Below are positions 37,662-46,681 of a DNA stretch of 64,000 nucleotides, piece after piece. Within the stretch, counting starts at the first letter, position 1. The number at the start of each line of letters is the position of its first letter. A model generated the notes under the pieces. It was given only the letters and a program-made list of their open reading frames with translations, made no database searches and was not told the DNA's origin. Source of the DNA: Steroidobacteraceae bacterium (GTDB lineage Bacteria; Pseudomonadota; Gammaproteobacteria; Steroidobacterales; Steroidobacteraceae); the NCBI GenBank assembly GCA_035275145.1, contig DATENH010000055.1, positions 3,552-67,551 of the forward strand, read 5' to 3'. The position numbers and the translations under genes were made by a program.

Positions 37662-38012
37662 ATGACCCAGCCCATCGACGTTATGCTCATCGAGCCCTCG
37701 GAGTCGGACGCGCAGAAGACCCTTGCCGCGATCCGTCGCAAGGCGCCGGGCGTCTCAGCCGTTCATGTCTCGGGCGCCGAGGCGGCAGCCGGCCTCATTT
37801 TCGACTACTGGCCCGCCGAAACGCCGCAGGTGCCGCGTTTGCTGATGCTCGATCTCACCACTGCAGGCGAGCCCGGCAAGTCGTTTCTGCATCGGCTCAG
37901 GAGCCATGCCGTCACCCGCAATGTGCCGGCCGTACTCATCCTCAAGCCCGTCGACGAAGATGAGCATGACGCGGAGCTCGCGAGCGTCCTCGACAAGTGG
38001 CTCAAAGCTTGA
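37662..38012 (+). CDS. stand-alone receiver (CheY-like) domain, atypical
   Basis: '[10 protein letters not shown]...RLLMLDL' receiver layout. The conserved T/S position reads 'VLILKP', and the protein ends right at the expected Lys. Confidence 0.55.
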   Translation: MTQPIDVMLIEPSESDAQKTLAAIRRKAPGVSAVHVSGAEAAAGLIFDYWPAETPQVPRLLMLDLTTAGEPGKSFLHRLRSHAVTRNVPAVLILKPVDEDEHDAELASVLDKWLKA

Positions 38013-38994
38013 CCATCTTCATGCCGCGCTCGCTGTAGCGTGGCCCGGCTGTCCTGCCCTTCGGCGCCGCTGCATCGAGTGCAGCGAGGTCTGCGCCGCT
38101 CAATGTCACGTCGGGCGCTGCGGCTGAATCTCGCATCGTCGCGCGGCGCTTGACGCCGGGGATCGGCACGATGTCTGCGCCTTGCGCCAGCAGCCACGCA
38201 AGCGCGATCTGCGCATTCGATACTCCGTGGCGCTTTGCTACCGCCGCAATCGCATCGACGATCGCGAGATTCCTCGGCAGGTTTTCGGCCGAATAACGCG
38301 GATCGTTGCGGCGCCAGTCGTCGGCCGGCAGATCGGCGAGGCTGCGAATGCCGCCTGCCAGGAAGCCGCGGCCGAGCGGGCTGTACGGCACGAAGCCGAT
38401 GTTCAGCTCGCGACAGGTCGGGAGGATTTCCTCTTCGACGTCGCGCTCCCAGATCGAATACTCGGTCTGCAGGGCCGCAATCGGATGCGTCTTCGCCGCG
38501 CGCCTGAGCGTGTCGGCGCCGGCCTCCGAAAGTCCGATGTGCCGCACTTTGCCTTCCTTCACCAGCTGCGCCATGCCGCCGACCGTTTCTTCGATCGGCA
38601 CTTTCGGATCGACCCGATGCTGGTAGAACAGATCGATCGTCTCGATGCCCAGTCGCTTGAGCGAGCCTTCGCACGCGCGACGCGCATTCGCGGGTGAGCC
38701 GTCCAGGCCGGCCATCTGGTCCCCATTCCACTTCATCGCGAATTTGGTAGCGATGATGAGTCCTTTGCGCTTGCCCTGGATGGCTGCGCCCACCAGCTCT
38801 TCATTGGTAAAGGGGCCGTACATTTCAGCCGTATCGAAAAAGGTGATGCCGAGATCGATCGCTTCGTGGATCGTGGCAATGGATTCGGTGCGGTTGGCAA
38901 CGCCATACGTGATGTTGCCGCCGCTGATCATCGGCATGCAGCCGATCCCGAGCGCGGATACTTCGAGGGTGTCGCCGAGCGTGCGATATTTCAT
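38002..38994 (-). CDS. aldo/keto reductase
   Basis: 'LGIGCM...FFDTAEMYG...NEELVG...ATKF'. Confidence 0.9.
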   Translation of the reverse strand: MKYRTLGDTLEVSALGIGCMPMISGGNITYGVANRTESIATIHEAIDLGITFFDTAEMYGPFTNEELVGAAIQGKRKGLIIATKFAMKWNGDQMAGLDGSPANARRACEGSLKRLGIETIDLFYQHRVDPKVPIEETVGGMAQLVKEGKVRHIGLSEAGADTLRRAAKTHPIAALQTEYSIWERDVEEEILPTCRELNIGFVPYSPLGRGFLAGGIRSLADLPADDWRRNDPRYSAENLPRNLAIVDAIAAVAKRHGVSNAQIALAWLLAQGADIVPIPGVKRRATMRDSAAAPDVTLSGADLAALDAAAPKGRTAGPRYSERGMKMVKL

Positions 38995-39060
38995 GGGACG
39001 TCTCCGGTGGGCGGCTCATTCTACCGACGGATTAGTCCGCGCCGTTACGTCTAAGAAAGG

Positions 39061-40761
39061 ATGCACGCCGTCCGCGCATGTAATGTTTGCCTGACCTTGG
39101 CGATGGCAGCCTTGTCTTCGGCAAGGGTGGCGGCTGCGTCTTCGGATCATGCCCCCGTATTGCCGAGCCTGACCGCGCGCAGCACGCGCCTGGACACTGC
39201 GCGCCCTCCGGAAGTCCCCGACGATGCGACCCTGGAGGCGAGCGGCGCGACGATCGGCCACATTCAGTTCAACGCCCTGCAGCTCTTCGACATCGGCGGG
39301 CTCGACCAGGATACGGCGCTGTTTCGCCTCGCCAATCGCCTGCATATCCGTACGCGCGAGGCGACGATTGCCGACCAGCTTCTGTTTCGTGAGGGTCAGC
39401 CCTACGATCCGAGCACGATCGCGGAAACCGCCCGCATCCTGCGATCGACGCGCTATCTGCGCGACGCGAGCATCCGGCCCGTCGCTTATCACGACGGTGT
39501 CGTCGACCTCGAGGTGAAGACCCAGGATGTCTGGACCTTGAATCCCGGCCTGTCGTTCGGGCGGCACGGCGGCAAGAACACCGGCGGCTTCGAGCTCGAG
39601 GAGCTGAATTTTCTCGGCCTGGGCACCGAGATGGGTCTGAGCTTCAAGTCCGGCATCGATCGCGACTCGAAGTCCGTTTTCTACCGCGACCGCCAGCTCG
39701 GGTCCTCGTGGTGGGATCTGTCGACCGCTTACTCGGACAACAGCGACGGACGTCTCGCCGACTTCTCTCTGGAGCGTCCGTTCTATTCGTTCGAGACGAC
39801 GCGCGCCGGTGGCGTGGCCGCCAATGACGACCTGCGGGTGGATTCGCGTTACGACCTCGGCAAGGTGATCGACAAGTTCGAGACCCACGCCAAGCTGGCA
39901 AGCGCCTACTTTGGCTTCTCGCATGGCCTGTCGAACGGCTGGGCGCGCCGCTATTCGCTCGGGTTCACGTACGACGATCATCAGTTCGCCGACGCGCCGG
40001 GCGCCGCTCCGGCGGTGCTGCTGCCGGCCGATCGCAAGCTCGTCTATCCATGGTTCGCTGCCGAATGGGTGCAGGATCGCTATGCCACGACGCGCAACCG
40101 CGATCAGATCGAGAAGACCGAGGATTACTCGCTGGGTTGGAAGCTACGTGCGCAAGTGGGTTTTGCCAGCTCGGCAGCGGGCTCGGATCGGGATGCTGTC
40201 ATGCTCGAGGCCAAGGCCTCCACCGGCTATGACCTCACCGAGCGACAATCGTTGAGCTTGAGCGCCGATGCGGCCGGGCGCGTCGAAGGCGGCAGTCTCG
40301 AGAATGGCTTGCTGGGGGCCGAGGCACGCTACTATTTCCGTCAGTCGCCGCGCCGACTCTTCTTCATGGGACTTACGGGAACGGCGGGAACCCACCTCGA
40401 CACGGATACCCAATTACTATTGGGCGGAGACAATGGCCTGCGCGGCTATCCGTTGCGCTATCAGGCGGGAACTGGTCGATGGCTCTTCACTGCCGAACAA
40501 CGCGGGTACAGCAACTGGTTTCCGTTCCAGCTGTTCAATGTCGGTGGTGCGGTGTTCTTCGACGTGGGGCGCGTCACCGGGCGCGACCCGTTGGGGTCGG
40601 TACCGCAGGGTGTCTTGAAGGACGTAGGCATCGGTTTGCGGCTCGGCAACAGCCGCTCCGCGCTCGGCAATGTGCTGCACATCGATCTGGCATTCCCGCT
40701 CGATGGCGACTCGTCCATCGACAAGATGCAGGTCGTGGTCGAGACCAAGCGCAGTTTCTGA
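39061..40761 (+). CDS. Omp85/BamA-TamA-family outer-membrane protein (POTRA plus beta-barrel)
   Basis: Signal peptide, a POTRA-like block 'IGHIQFNALQLFD...LLFREGQPYD', a long beta-barrel region, and a C-terminal 'VVETKRSF' ending in Phe. Confidence 0.8.
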   Translation: MHAVRACNVCLTLAMAALSSARVAAASSDHAPVLPSLTARSTRLDTARPPEVPDDATLEASGATIGHIQFNALQLFDIGGLDQDTALFRLANRLHIRTREATIADQLLFREGQPYDPSTIAETARILRSTRYLRDASIRPVAYHDGVVDLEVKTQDVWTLNPGLSFGRHGGKNTGGFELEELNFLGLGTEMGLSFKSGIDRDSKSVFYRDRQLGSSWWDLSTAYSDNSDGRLADFSLERPFYSFETTRAGGVAANDDLRVDSRYDLGKVIDKFETHAKLASAYFGFSHGLSNGWARRYSLGFTYDDHQFADAPGAAPAVLLPADRKLVYPWFAAEWVQDRYATTRNRDQIEKTEDYSLGWKLRAQVGFASSAAGSDRDAVMLEAKASTGYDLTERQSLSLSADAAGRVEGGSLENGLLGAEARYYFRQSPRRLFFMGLTGTAGTHLDTDTQLLLGGDNGLRGYPLRYQAGTGRWLFTAEQRGYSNWFPFQLFNVGGAVFFDVGRVTGRDPLGSVPQGVLKDVGIGLRLGNSRSALGNVLHIDLAFPLDGDSSIDKMQVVVETKRSF

Positions 40762-42146
40762 TGCGGCTGATCCTCGCCGCTGCCCTCAGTGCGGTGGCGG
40801 GATGCGCGTCCGTGCCTCCGGCCGCCGATGTTCCGCCGCCCGTCGTAGCAGACGTTCCGCACACGTGGTCGGCTCCGCAGGTGAGTGCGAATCGCCGCAT
40901 GCTCGGCGACACGGGTGCGAGCAATTCACTCCTGGCGGCAGATGAAGTGCTGGCAGCCGCTATTGCGTTCAACCCGCGCATGAAGCTGGCGCGGGCTCAA
41001 CGCGACACGGGCGCGGCTGGCGTGCTCGCGGCACACGAGCGAGCCAATCCGACTCTGTCGCTTGCTCCAGAACATCTGATTTCTGCCGCAGCGGGTGTAT
41101 CGCCATGGGTAGTCGCGGTGTCGCTGGTCTGGCCACTGCGAACTGCCGGGAAACGAGATCTGGCAATCGAACAGGCACTCGCAGCCGATGACGCGGCGCT
41201 GCTCAACGCTGCTGCGGAAGTCTGGTCGCTGCGCACCGATGCCCGATCGGTCGTGTGCGCGGCGGAGTTTGCCTGGGCCCGCCGCGCGCTCGCGAACGAG
41301 GAGGCGGGCTTGCGTGTCGATCTCGTCACCCGCATGGAGAAGCAGGCCGACGCGGGCATCGTGAGCCGGTACGAAGTAGCGCGCGCCCGTCTGGAACGGG
41401 ATGCCTCCACGTTGCGATTGCATCAGTCGGATGCGGACGTCATCGCTGCACGTCATGACATCGCTGCCCTCGCTGGCGTGCCGCTGTCGGAGGTCGAGCT
41501 CCGGGAGCCTGGCGAGGGTTGCATCAAAGTCGACCCGTCGCGCGAGGTTGTTCCAGCGCAGGAGCTCGAGGCGCGAGCGATCGGCAGTCGACTCGACCTG
41601 CGCGCGAAGCTCGCGGAGTTTCGGAGCGCGGATGCGGCATGGCGCACCGAGATTGCCAAGCGCTACCCGGATCTGGCGCTCGGCCCGGGATACATGTACG
41701 ACCAGGGCGACCGCAAGGTGACCTTCAGTCTGTCGTTCGAGCTGCCCATCCATTCGCACAACGCTGGCGGTATTGCCAAAGCCCGTGCCGATCGCGACCG
41801 TTTCGTCGCCGAAGCGGAGGTGCTGCAAGCCATGATCGTTGCGGAAGTCGCCAAAGCGGCCGATCAGCTCGCACAGGCGCGAGCGCAACTCACCTCGGCC
41901 CAGGCTCTGCTCCAGCAGGCACAAGCGCTGCTGGACCGGGACGTCGAGCGCGAACGAGCGGGCGAGCTCGACAGGCCGGCGCTCCTGATCTCGCGCATCG
42001 CGACGTTGACGGCCCGCGTCGACGAGCTCACAGCCGCGCGCGCTGTCGCAGACGCTGCAGCAGCCCTGGAAGCTGCGACTCAAACGCCACTGGCGTCACC
42101 GGAATTCAATACTGAAGCGGCCCGCGCTCTACTGAAGGCGCAATGA
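40761..42146 (+). CDS. TolC/OMF-family outer-membrane efflux lipoprotein (CzcC-like)
   Basis: The ATG shares one nt with the Omp85 stop (TGATG). Lipobox 'AVAGC'. Two coiled-coil repeat halves. Confidence 0.8.
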   Translation: MRLILAAALSAVAGCASVPPAADVPPPVVADVPHTWSAPQVSANRRMLGDTGASNSLLAADEVLAAAIAFNPRMKLARAQRDTGAAGVLAAHERANPTLSLAPEHLISAAAGVSPWVVAVSLVWPLRTAGKRDLAIEQALAADDAALLNAAAEVWSLRTDARSVVCAAEFAWARRALANEEAGLRVDLVTRMEKQADAGIVSRYEVARARLERDASTLRLHQSDADVIAARHDIAALAGVPLSEVELREPGEGCIKVDPSREVVPAQELEARAIGSRLDLRAKLAEFRSADAAWRTEIAKRYPDLALGPGYMYDQGDRKVTFSLSFELPIHSHNAGGIAKARADRDRFVAEAEVLQAMIVAEVAKAADQLAQARAQLTSAQALLQQAQALLDRDVERERAGELDRPALLISRIATLTARVDELTAARAVADAAAALEAATQTPLASPEFNTEAARALLKAQ

Positions 42147-43132
42147 ACTCACACAATCCAATTGCTTCGCTGTTGCTTGCGACGGTCGCGTTGCTCGGGT
42201 GTAGCCGCGAGCCTTCCGACGAACGTGCCGCGGCGCCGGCAGCAGCAAACTCCGATGCGGCGAGCGATGCTCCGGGCGTCACGGCGAACGCAGAAACTCA
42301 ACACGGCATGGGCGTGGAGCTCGCTGCTGTCACGACCGCGAGCGTCGCAGCGCAGGCGCGCGGGACTGCGACTGTCATCGATTCGGCCGCCTTTGCAGCA
42401 GCGATTGCGGATCTGGAATCGCTGCGTGCGGAAGCTGCGGTCGCGGCTGGGAACGAGCAGCGCCTGGAGCAGCTCCTCCAGGACGGCAACGCGTCTCGAC
42501 AAGCCGTCGATGCCGCGCGTCAGCAGAATTCTTCGGCCAGAGCCAAGCTCGCCGGCGCCGAGTCGCGCGCGCGGCTCGATTGGGGCGCGAAGCTCGCGAG
42601 TGCGACGGATGCCGCAAACGTGCGCTTCCGTGCAGACATCGTCAGCGGCGCCGTCACGCTCTTTCGCGCAGAATTTCCGGACTCTCTGGGTGCCGCGAGC
42701 GAGCTGCGCTACGAGCTACTGACTCCGCGCCGCGGACCCGTCGTGCTCGAATTCTTCGAGCGCTCGCATGCGGCGGCGCAGTTCGCCGCTGGCGAAAGCG
42801 TGCTGCTCGGACTTCGCGCGCAGAGTGCAAGCGATGCGTCGTTTCGTCCCAATGAGCGCGTGCCCGTCGTCGCGACGGCGCTCGGAGCTGCGCGGCCGTT
42901 CGTTCCCGCAGCCGCTGCGATTGCGTACCAGGGGCGTCTGTGGTGCTACGTCGCCCGATCTGCAGATCGTTTCGACCGCGTTGCTCTCGACAGCGAGGCG
43001 AGCAGCACCGAAGGTTATGCGGCTGATGAGTCGATCAAGGCCGGCGATCGGGTCGTGGTGCGCGGCGCGGCCCTGCTGTTGTCGCTGGAGCGCTCGGCGA
43101 GCTCCGACGTCGGAGCGAGTACCGACGAATGA
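42143..43132 (+). CDS. periplasmic adaptor (MFP) lipoprotein, divergent
   Basis: ATGA overlap. Lipobox 'LLGC'. Ala-rich coiled-coil hairpin and a C-terminal beta domain. Confidence 0.6.
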   Translation: MNSHNPIASLLLATVALLGCSREPSDERAAAPAAANSDAASDAPGVTANAETQHGMGVELAAVTTASVAAQARGTATVIDSAAFAAAIADLESLRAEAAVAAGNEQRLEQLLQDGNASRQAVDAARQQNSSARAKLAGAESRARLDWGAKLASATDAANVRFRADIVSGAVTLFRAEFPDSLGAASELRYELLTPRRGPVVLEFFERSHAAAQFAAGESVLLGLRAQSASDASFRPNERVPVVATALGAARPFVPAAAAIAYQGRLWCYVARSADRFDRVALDSEASSTEGYAADESIKAGDRVVVRGAALLLSLERSASSDVGASTDE

Positions 43133-46100
43133 TGGTCGGCATCATCTCGCAGGCGTTGCGTCATCGCGGCATCGTCGCGGTGCTCTCGGTGGTATTGCTG
43201 CTCTATGGCGCGGTGCTGGCGTTTCGCAGCCGGCTCGACGTGCTTCCGGAATTCGTGCCGCCGCAAGTGGTCGTGCAGACGGAATCGCCGGGACTCGCGC
43301 CCGAGCAGGTCGAGTCGCTCGTCACGCTGCCGGTCGAGCAGGCTCTGAGCGGCATTCCCGCGACGGCGCGTGTCAGTTCGGAGTCGATCACCGGCCTGTC
43401 GGTGGTGACAGTCGTCTTCGACGATGACGTCGATATTCTCGTCGCCCGACAGGGCGTCGCCGAACATCTTGCCGAGCTGGCCGGCCGGCTGCCCGTGGGC
43501 GTGTCCGTGCCACGGATGTCGCCGCTCGTCTCCTCGACGATGGACTTGCTGAAGATCGGTCTCGTCTCGAAGACTGCGTCGCCGCGCGAGCTGCGGGACG
43601 TGGCTGACTGGGAACTGCGGCCCAGGCTCCTCGCCGTGCCCGGTGTCGCACGAATAACGGTCTATGGCGGCGAGCGGCGTGAGGTACAGATTCTGCTGGA
43701 CAACGCACGACTCGCGGCTGCGGATCTCACGCCAAGCGACGTGCTGACTGCGGCGCGCGCGGCGACGGGTGTGCGCGGTTCCGGCCAGATCGATCTGCAG
43801 TCGCAGCGTATCCCGATCAGCGCCGGACTCGTCGGCGATCCAGTGCAGGTTGTCTCGCAAGCGGTAGTCGCCACGCGCGGCGAGACGACGATTCGTATCG
43901 CCGATGTCGCGCGGGTGCAGGACGGTCCGGCCATTCCCTTCGGCGACGCCGTCATTCAAGGCAAGCCGGGAGTGCTGCTCGCGATCTCGAGCCAGTATGA
44001 CGCCAACACGCTCGAAGGGACTCGCGCACTGGAGAGCGCGCTTGCCGAGATGCTGCCGAGACTCAGGGCGCGCGGCATCGATGTCTATCCCGCGATCCAT
44101 CGGCCGGCCACGTTCATCGAGCGGGCGCTCGGCAACCTCACCAAGACACTGGCGATCGGTGCACTGCTGATCGCCATCGTGCTCTATGCGTTTCTGCGCG
44201 ACTGGCGGTCGGCGTTGATTGCTTTCATGGCAATCCCGCTGTCGCTGCTCGCGGCTGTGGTGGTGCTGAATCACTTCGACGTCGCGCTGAACACGCTCAC
44301 CCTGGGCGGATTCGCCGTCGCGCTCGGCGTGCTGGTCGACGATGCAGTCATCTATCTGGAGAACATCCTGCGACGGCTGCGGGAAAACGCAGGAGTAGCT
44401 CAGCCGAAGGCGCGACTCGTCGTGATTCGCGATGCGTCGCTGGAGATCTCAGGCGCCGTCGTTTTCGCCACCGCAGTCATCCTGCTGGTGTTGCTCCCGG
44501 TCTTCTTGATGCCGGGCGTGCAAGGCAAGTTCATGGCTCCGTTGGTTCTGGCCTTCGCGCTTTCCGTAGTCGCATCGCTGGTCGTGGCGCTCACCGTAAC
44601 GCCCGCACTTGCGGCCCTGCTGCTGCGTCCGGGTGAGTCCCACCGGGAGCCGTCGTGGCTCTCGAAGCTGCGCTCCTGGCATCTGCTGGCGCTCGAGCGC
44701 TGCACTCGCCATCGCACAGCAGTGCTCGTGACTCTGGGGATCCTGCTGACCGGGGTCCTTGCGCTCACGCCGCTGCTCGCGGGCGAGTTCATGCCGAGTT
44801 TCCGCGAAGGGCATTTCGTCGCGCAGGTGTCCGCCCGTGTGCCAGGGACTTCGCTGGGTGAAATGGCACGGCTCGGCGAACGGATCAGCTCGGAAATCCT
44901 CCAGCTTCCCTACATCGCAACCGTCGCGCACCAGATCGGCCGCGCGGAGCAGGGCGAGGATACCTGGGGCCCGGAGCGCTCGGAGTTTCACATCGAATTG
45001 AAGCCCGACAATCACATCGACCAGGAACGAGTGCAACGAGAGCTGCGAGAGCTGTTCGCACGCTATCCGGCAGTGCAGTCCGAGGTGCTGACGTTCCTGG
45101 GCGATCGGGTGAGCGAGTCCTTGTCGGGAGAGACTGCGCAAGGCGTGATTCGCGTGCGCGGCAACGACATCGACGCGATCGACCGCGCCACGGCGCGCTT
45201 GCTCCGGGAGATCGAGTCCGTTCCCGGGATTGCCGACGTCCAGTCTGCACATGCGGGACTTTCCGCGGAGCTGTCCGTGAACCTCTTGCCGGCACGCCTG
45301 GCGCTCTACGGACTGCGCGCGGGCGACGTCCTCGACGTGATGGAGACTGCATTCGCCGGCACGATCGTCAACCAGGTCTACGCAGGCAATCGCACCGTCA
45401 ACATCGTCGCGCTGCTGCCGCCGGCGCAACGCGCAGACCCGCAGAGCGTGCGAAAACTCCCGCTGCGTTCGGCGAGCGGTCAATTCATCGCGCTCGGGGA
45501 TGTCGCGCAGATCTACGTCGCGACGGCTCGCTCGGCGATTCGCCACGAAGGCGGCCAGCGCATGGGCGTCATCACTTTCAACGCGGGCACGCGCGCGATC
45601 CAGCCGGTCACTCGCGATGTGCAATCGATCCTGTCGCGCGATGCCGCTCAGCATCGCGATACCTGGACGGAACTTGCCGGCGAGGCCGAGCAGCAACAGC
45701 AGACTCAGCGCAGCCTCATGGTGTTTTCGTCGATTGCCCTGGTGCTGATCGTCCTCGTGCTCACGGCCGCGTTCGAGCGCCGGGCGCTCGCTCTGATCGT
45801 TCTCGTCAACGTACCGTTCAGTCTCATCGGCGCAATCCTGGCCCTGGCAGCTACCGGTCAATCGCTATCACTGGGCGCTCTCGTCGGGCTGGTCACGGTG
45901 TTCGGCATCAGCGCCCGCAACGCGATCCTGCTGCTTGCTCACTGCGAAAAGCTGTTGGAGGAGAGTCCGGGCGCGGCGTGGACACCCGAGCTCATCGATC
46001 GTGGTGCAGCCGAGCGCCTCTTGCCCGTGATCATGACGGCCGTGCTGACTGCGCTCGGCCTCGTGCCCCTTGCGGCCAGCCTGGGCACGGCGGGCAACGA

Positions 46101-46245
46101 GATCGAAGGGCCGCTGGCCATTGCCGTTCTCGGCGGGCTCGTCAGCTCGACAGTGCTGTGCCTCGTCGTGCTGCCAGCCTTCATGCACTGGATCGCACAG
46201 TCTCGGTTCAACCGCCTGTTACGCGTGCCGGCCGAATCCCTCTGA
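43129..46245 (+). CDS. RND efflux permease (CzcA/CusA-like N-terminus)
   Basis: 1038 aa. ATGA overlap. 12 TM plus two large loops. TM4 reads 'LGVLVDDAVIYLEN'. Confidence 0.92.
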   Translation: MMVGIISQALRHRGIVAVLSVVLLLYGAVLAFRSRLDVLPEFVPPQVVVQTESPGLAPEQVESLVTLPVEQALSGIPATARVSSESITGLSVVTVVFDDDVDILVARQGVAEHLAELAGRLPVGVSVPRMSPLVSSTMDLLKIGLVSKTASPRELRDVADWELRPRLLAVPGVARITVYGGERREVQILLDNARLAAADLTPSDVLTAARAATGVRGSGQIDLQSQRIPISAGLVGDPVQVVSQAVVATRGETTIRIADVARVQDGPAIPFGDAVIQGKPGVLLAISSQYDANTLEGTRALESALAEMLPRLRARGIDVYPAIHRPATFIERALGNLTKTLAIGALLIAIVLYAFLRDWRSALIAFMAIPLSLLAAVVVLNHFDVALNTLTLGGFAVALGVLVDDAVIYLENILRRLRENAGVAQPKARLVVIRDASLEISGAVVFATAVILLVLLPVFLMPGVQGKFMAPLVLAFALSVVASLVVALTVTPALAALLLRPGESHREPSWLSKLRSWHLLALERCTRHRTAVLVTLGILLTGVLALTPLLAGEFMPSFREGHFVAQVSARVPGTSLGEMARLGERISSEILQLPYIATVAHQIGRAEQGEDTWGPERSEFHIELKPDNHIDQERVQRELRELFARYPAVQSEVLTFLGDRVSESLSGETAQGVIRVRGNDIDAIDRATARLLREIESVPGIADVQSAHAGLSAELSVNLLPARLALYGLRAGDVLDVMETAFAGTIVNQVYAGNRTVNIVALLPPAQRADPQSVRKLPLRSASGQFIALGDVAQIYVATARSAIRHEGGQRMGVITFNAGTRAIQPVTRDVQSILSRDAAQHRDTWTELAGEAEQQQQTQRSLMVFSSIALVLIVLVLTAAFERRALALIVLVNVPFSLIGAILALAATGQSLSLGALVGLVTVFGISARNAILLLAHCEKLLEESPGAAWTPELIDRGAAERLLPVIMTAVLTALGLVPLAASLGTAGNEIEGPLAIAVLGGLVSSTVLCLVVLPAFMHWIAQSRFNRLLRVPAESL

Positions 46246-46630
46246 GCTGCAGCAGATCCCATAGATTCCCGTACGGATCCTGGAACACCGCCACCGTTCC
46301 GTAGCTCTCTTCCTTCGGCTCGCGGACGAACACGACGCCGCGTTCCTGGTAGCGCCGGAAGTCACGCCAGAAGTCATCGGTGTGGAGAAAGAGGAATACG
46401 CGTCCGCCGGTCTGGTTGCCGATCCGTGACTCCTGCTCCGGGCCGACTGCTCGCGCCAGCAACAGCCGCGACTCCGTCGAGCCGGGAGGTGCCACCAGGA
46501 CCCAGCGCTTGTTCTGCGCTTCGATGAACGTGTCTTCGATCAGCACGAAACCGAGCGTCTCGACGTAGAACCTGAGCGCCTCGTCGTAATCGCGCACGAC
46601 CAGCGAGATGTAGCCAATAGTCTGTTTCAT
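46208..46630 (-). CDS. VOC/glyoxalase-family protein
   Basis: ATG at 46630. 'YISLVVRDYDEALRFYVETLGF' and 'FQDPYGNLWDL'. Its 3' end overlaps the RND 3' end by 38 nt. Confidence 0.8.
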   Translation of the reverse strand: MKQTIGYISLVVRDYDEALRFYVETLGFVLIEDTFIEAQNKRWVLVAPPGSTESRLLLARAVGPEQESRIGNQTGGRVFLFLHTDDFWRDFRRYQERGVVFVREPKEESYGTVAVFQDPYGNLWDLLQLRGIRPARVTGG

Positions 46631-46681
46631 ACCGCCAAGCTTACTTGCATGGTCACCGAACGGCACGTAGGCTGCCGCGCC

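Noticed and set aside
43129-46245. Calling the RND pump a heavy-metal (CzcA/CusA) exporter and the operon a metal-resistance determinant.
   Set aside because: The N-terminus looks HME-like. However, TM4 ('LVDDAVIYLEN') has the adjacent Asp pair I associate with AcrB-type pumps, not the DFGX3DGAX3VEN pattern. I cannot assign a substrate class without a phylogeny.
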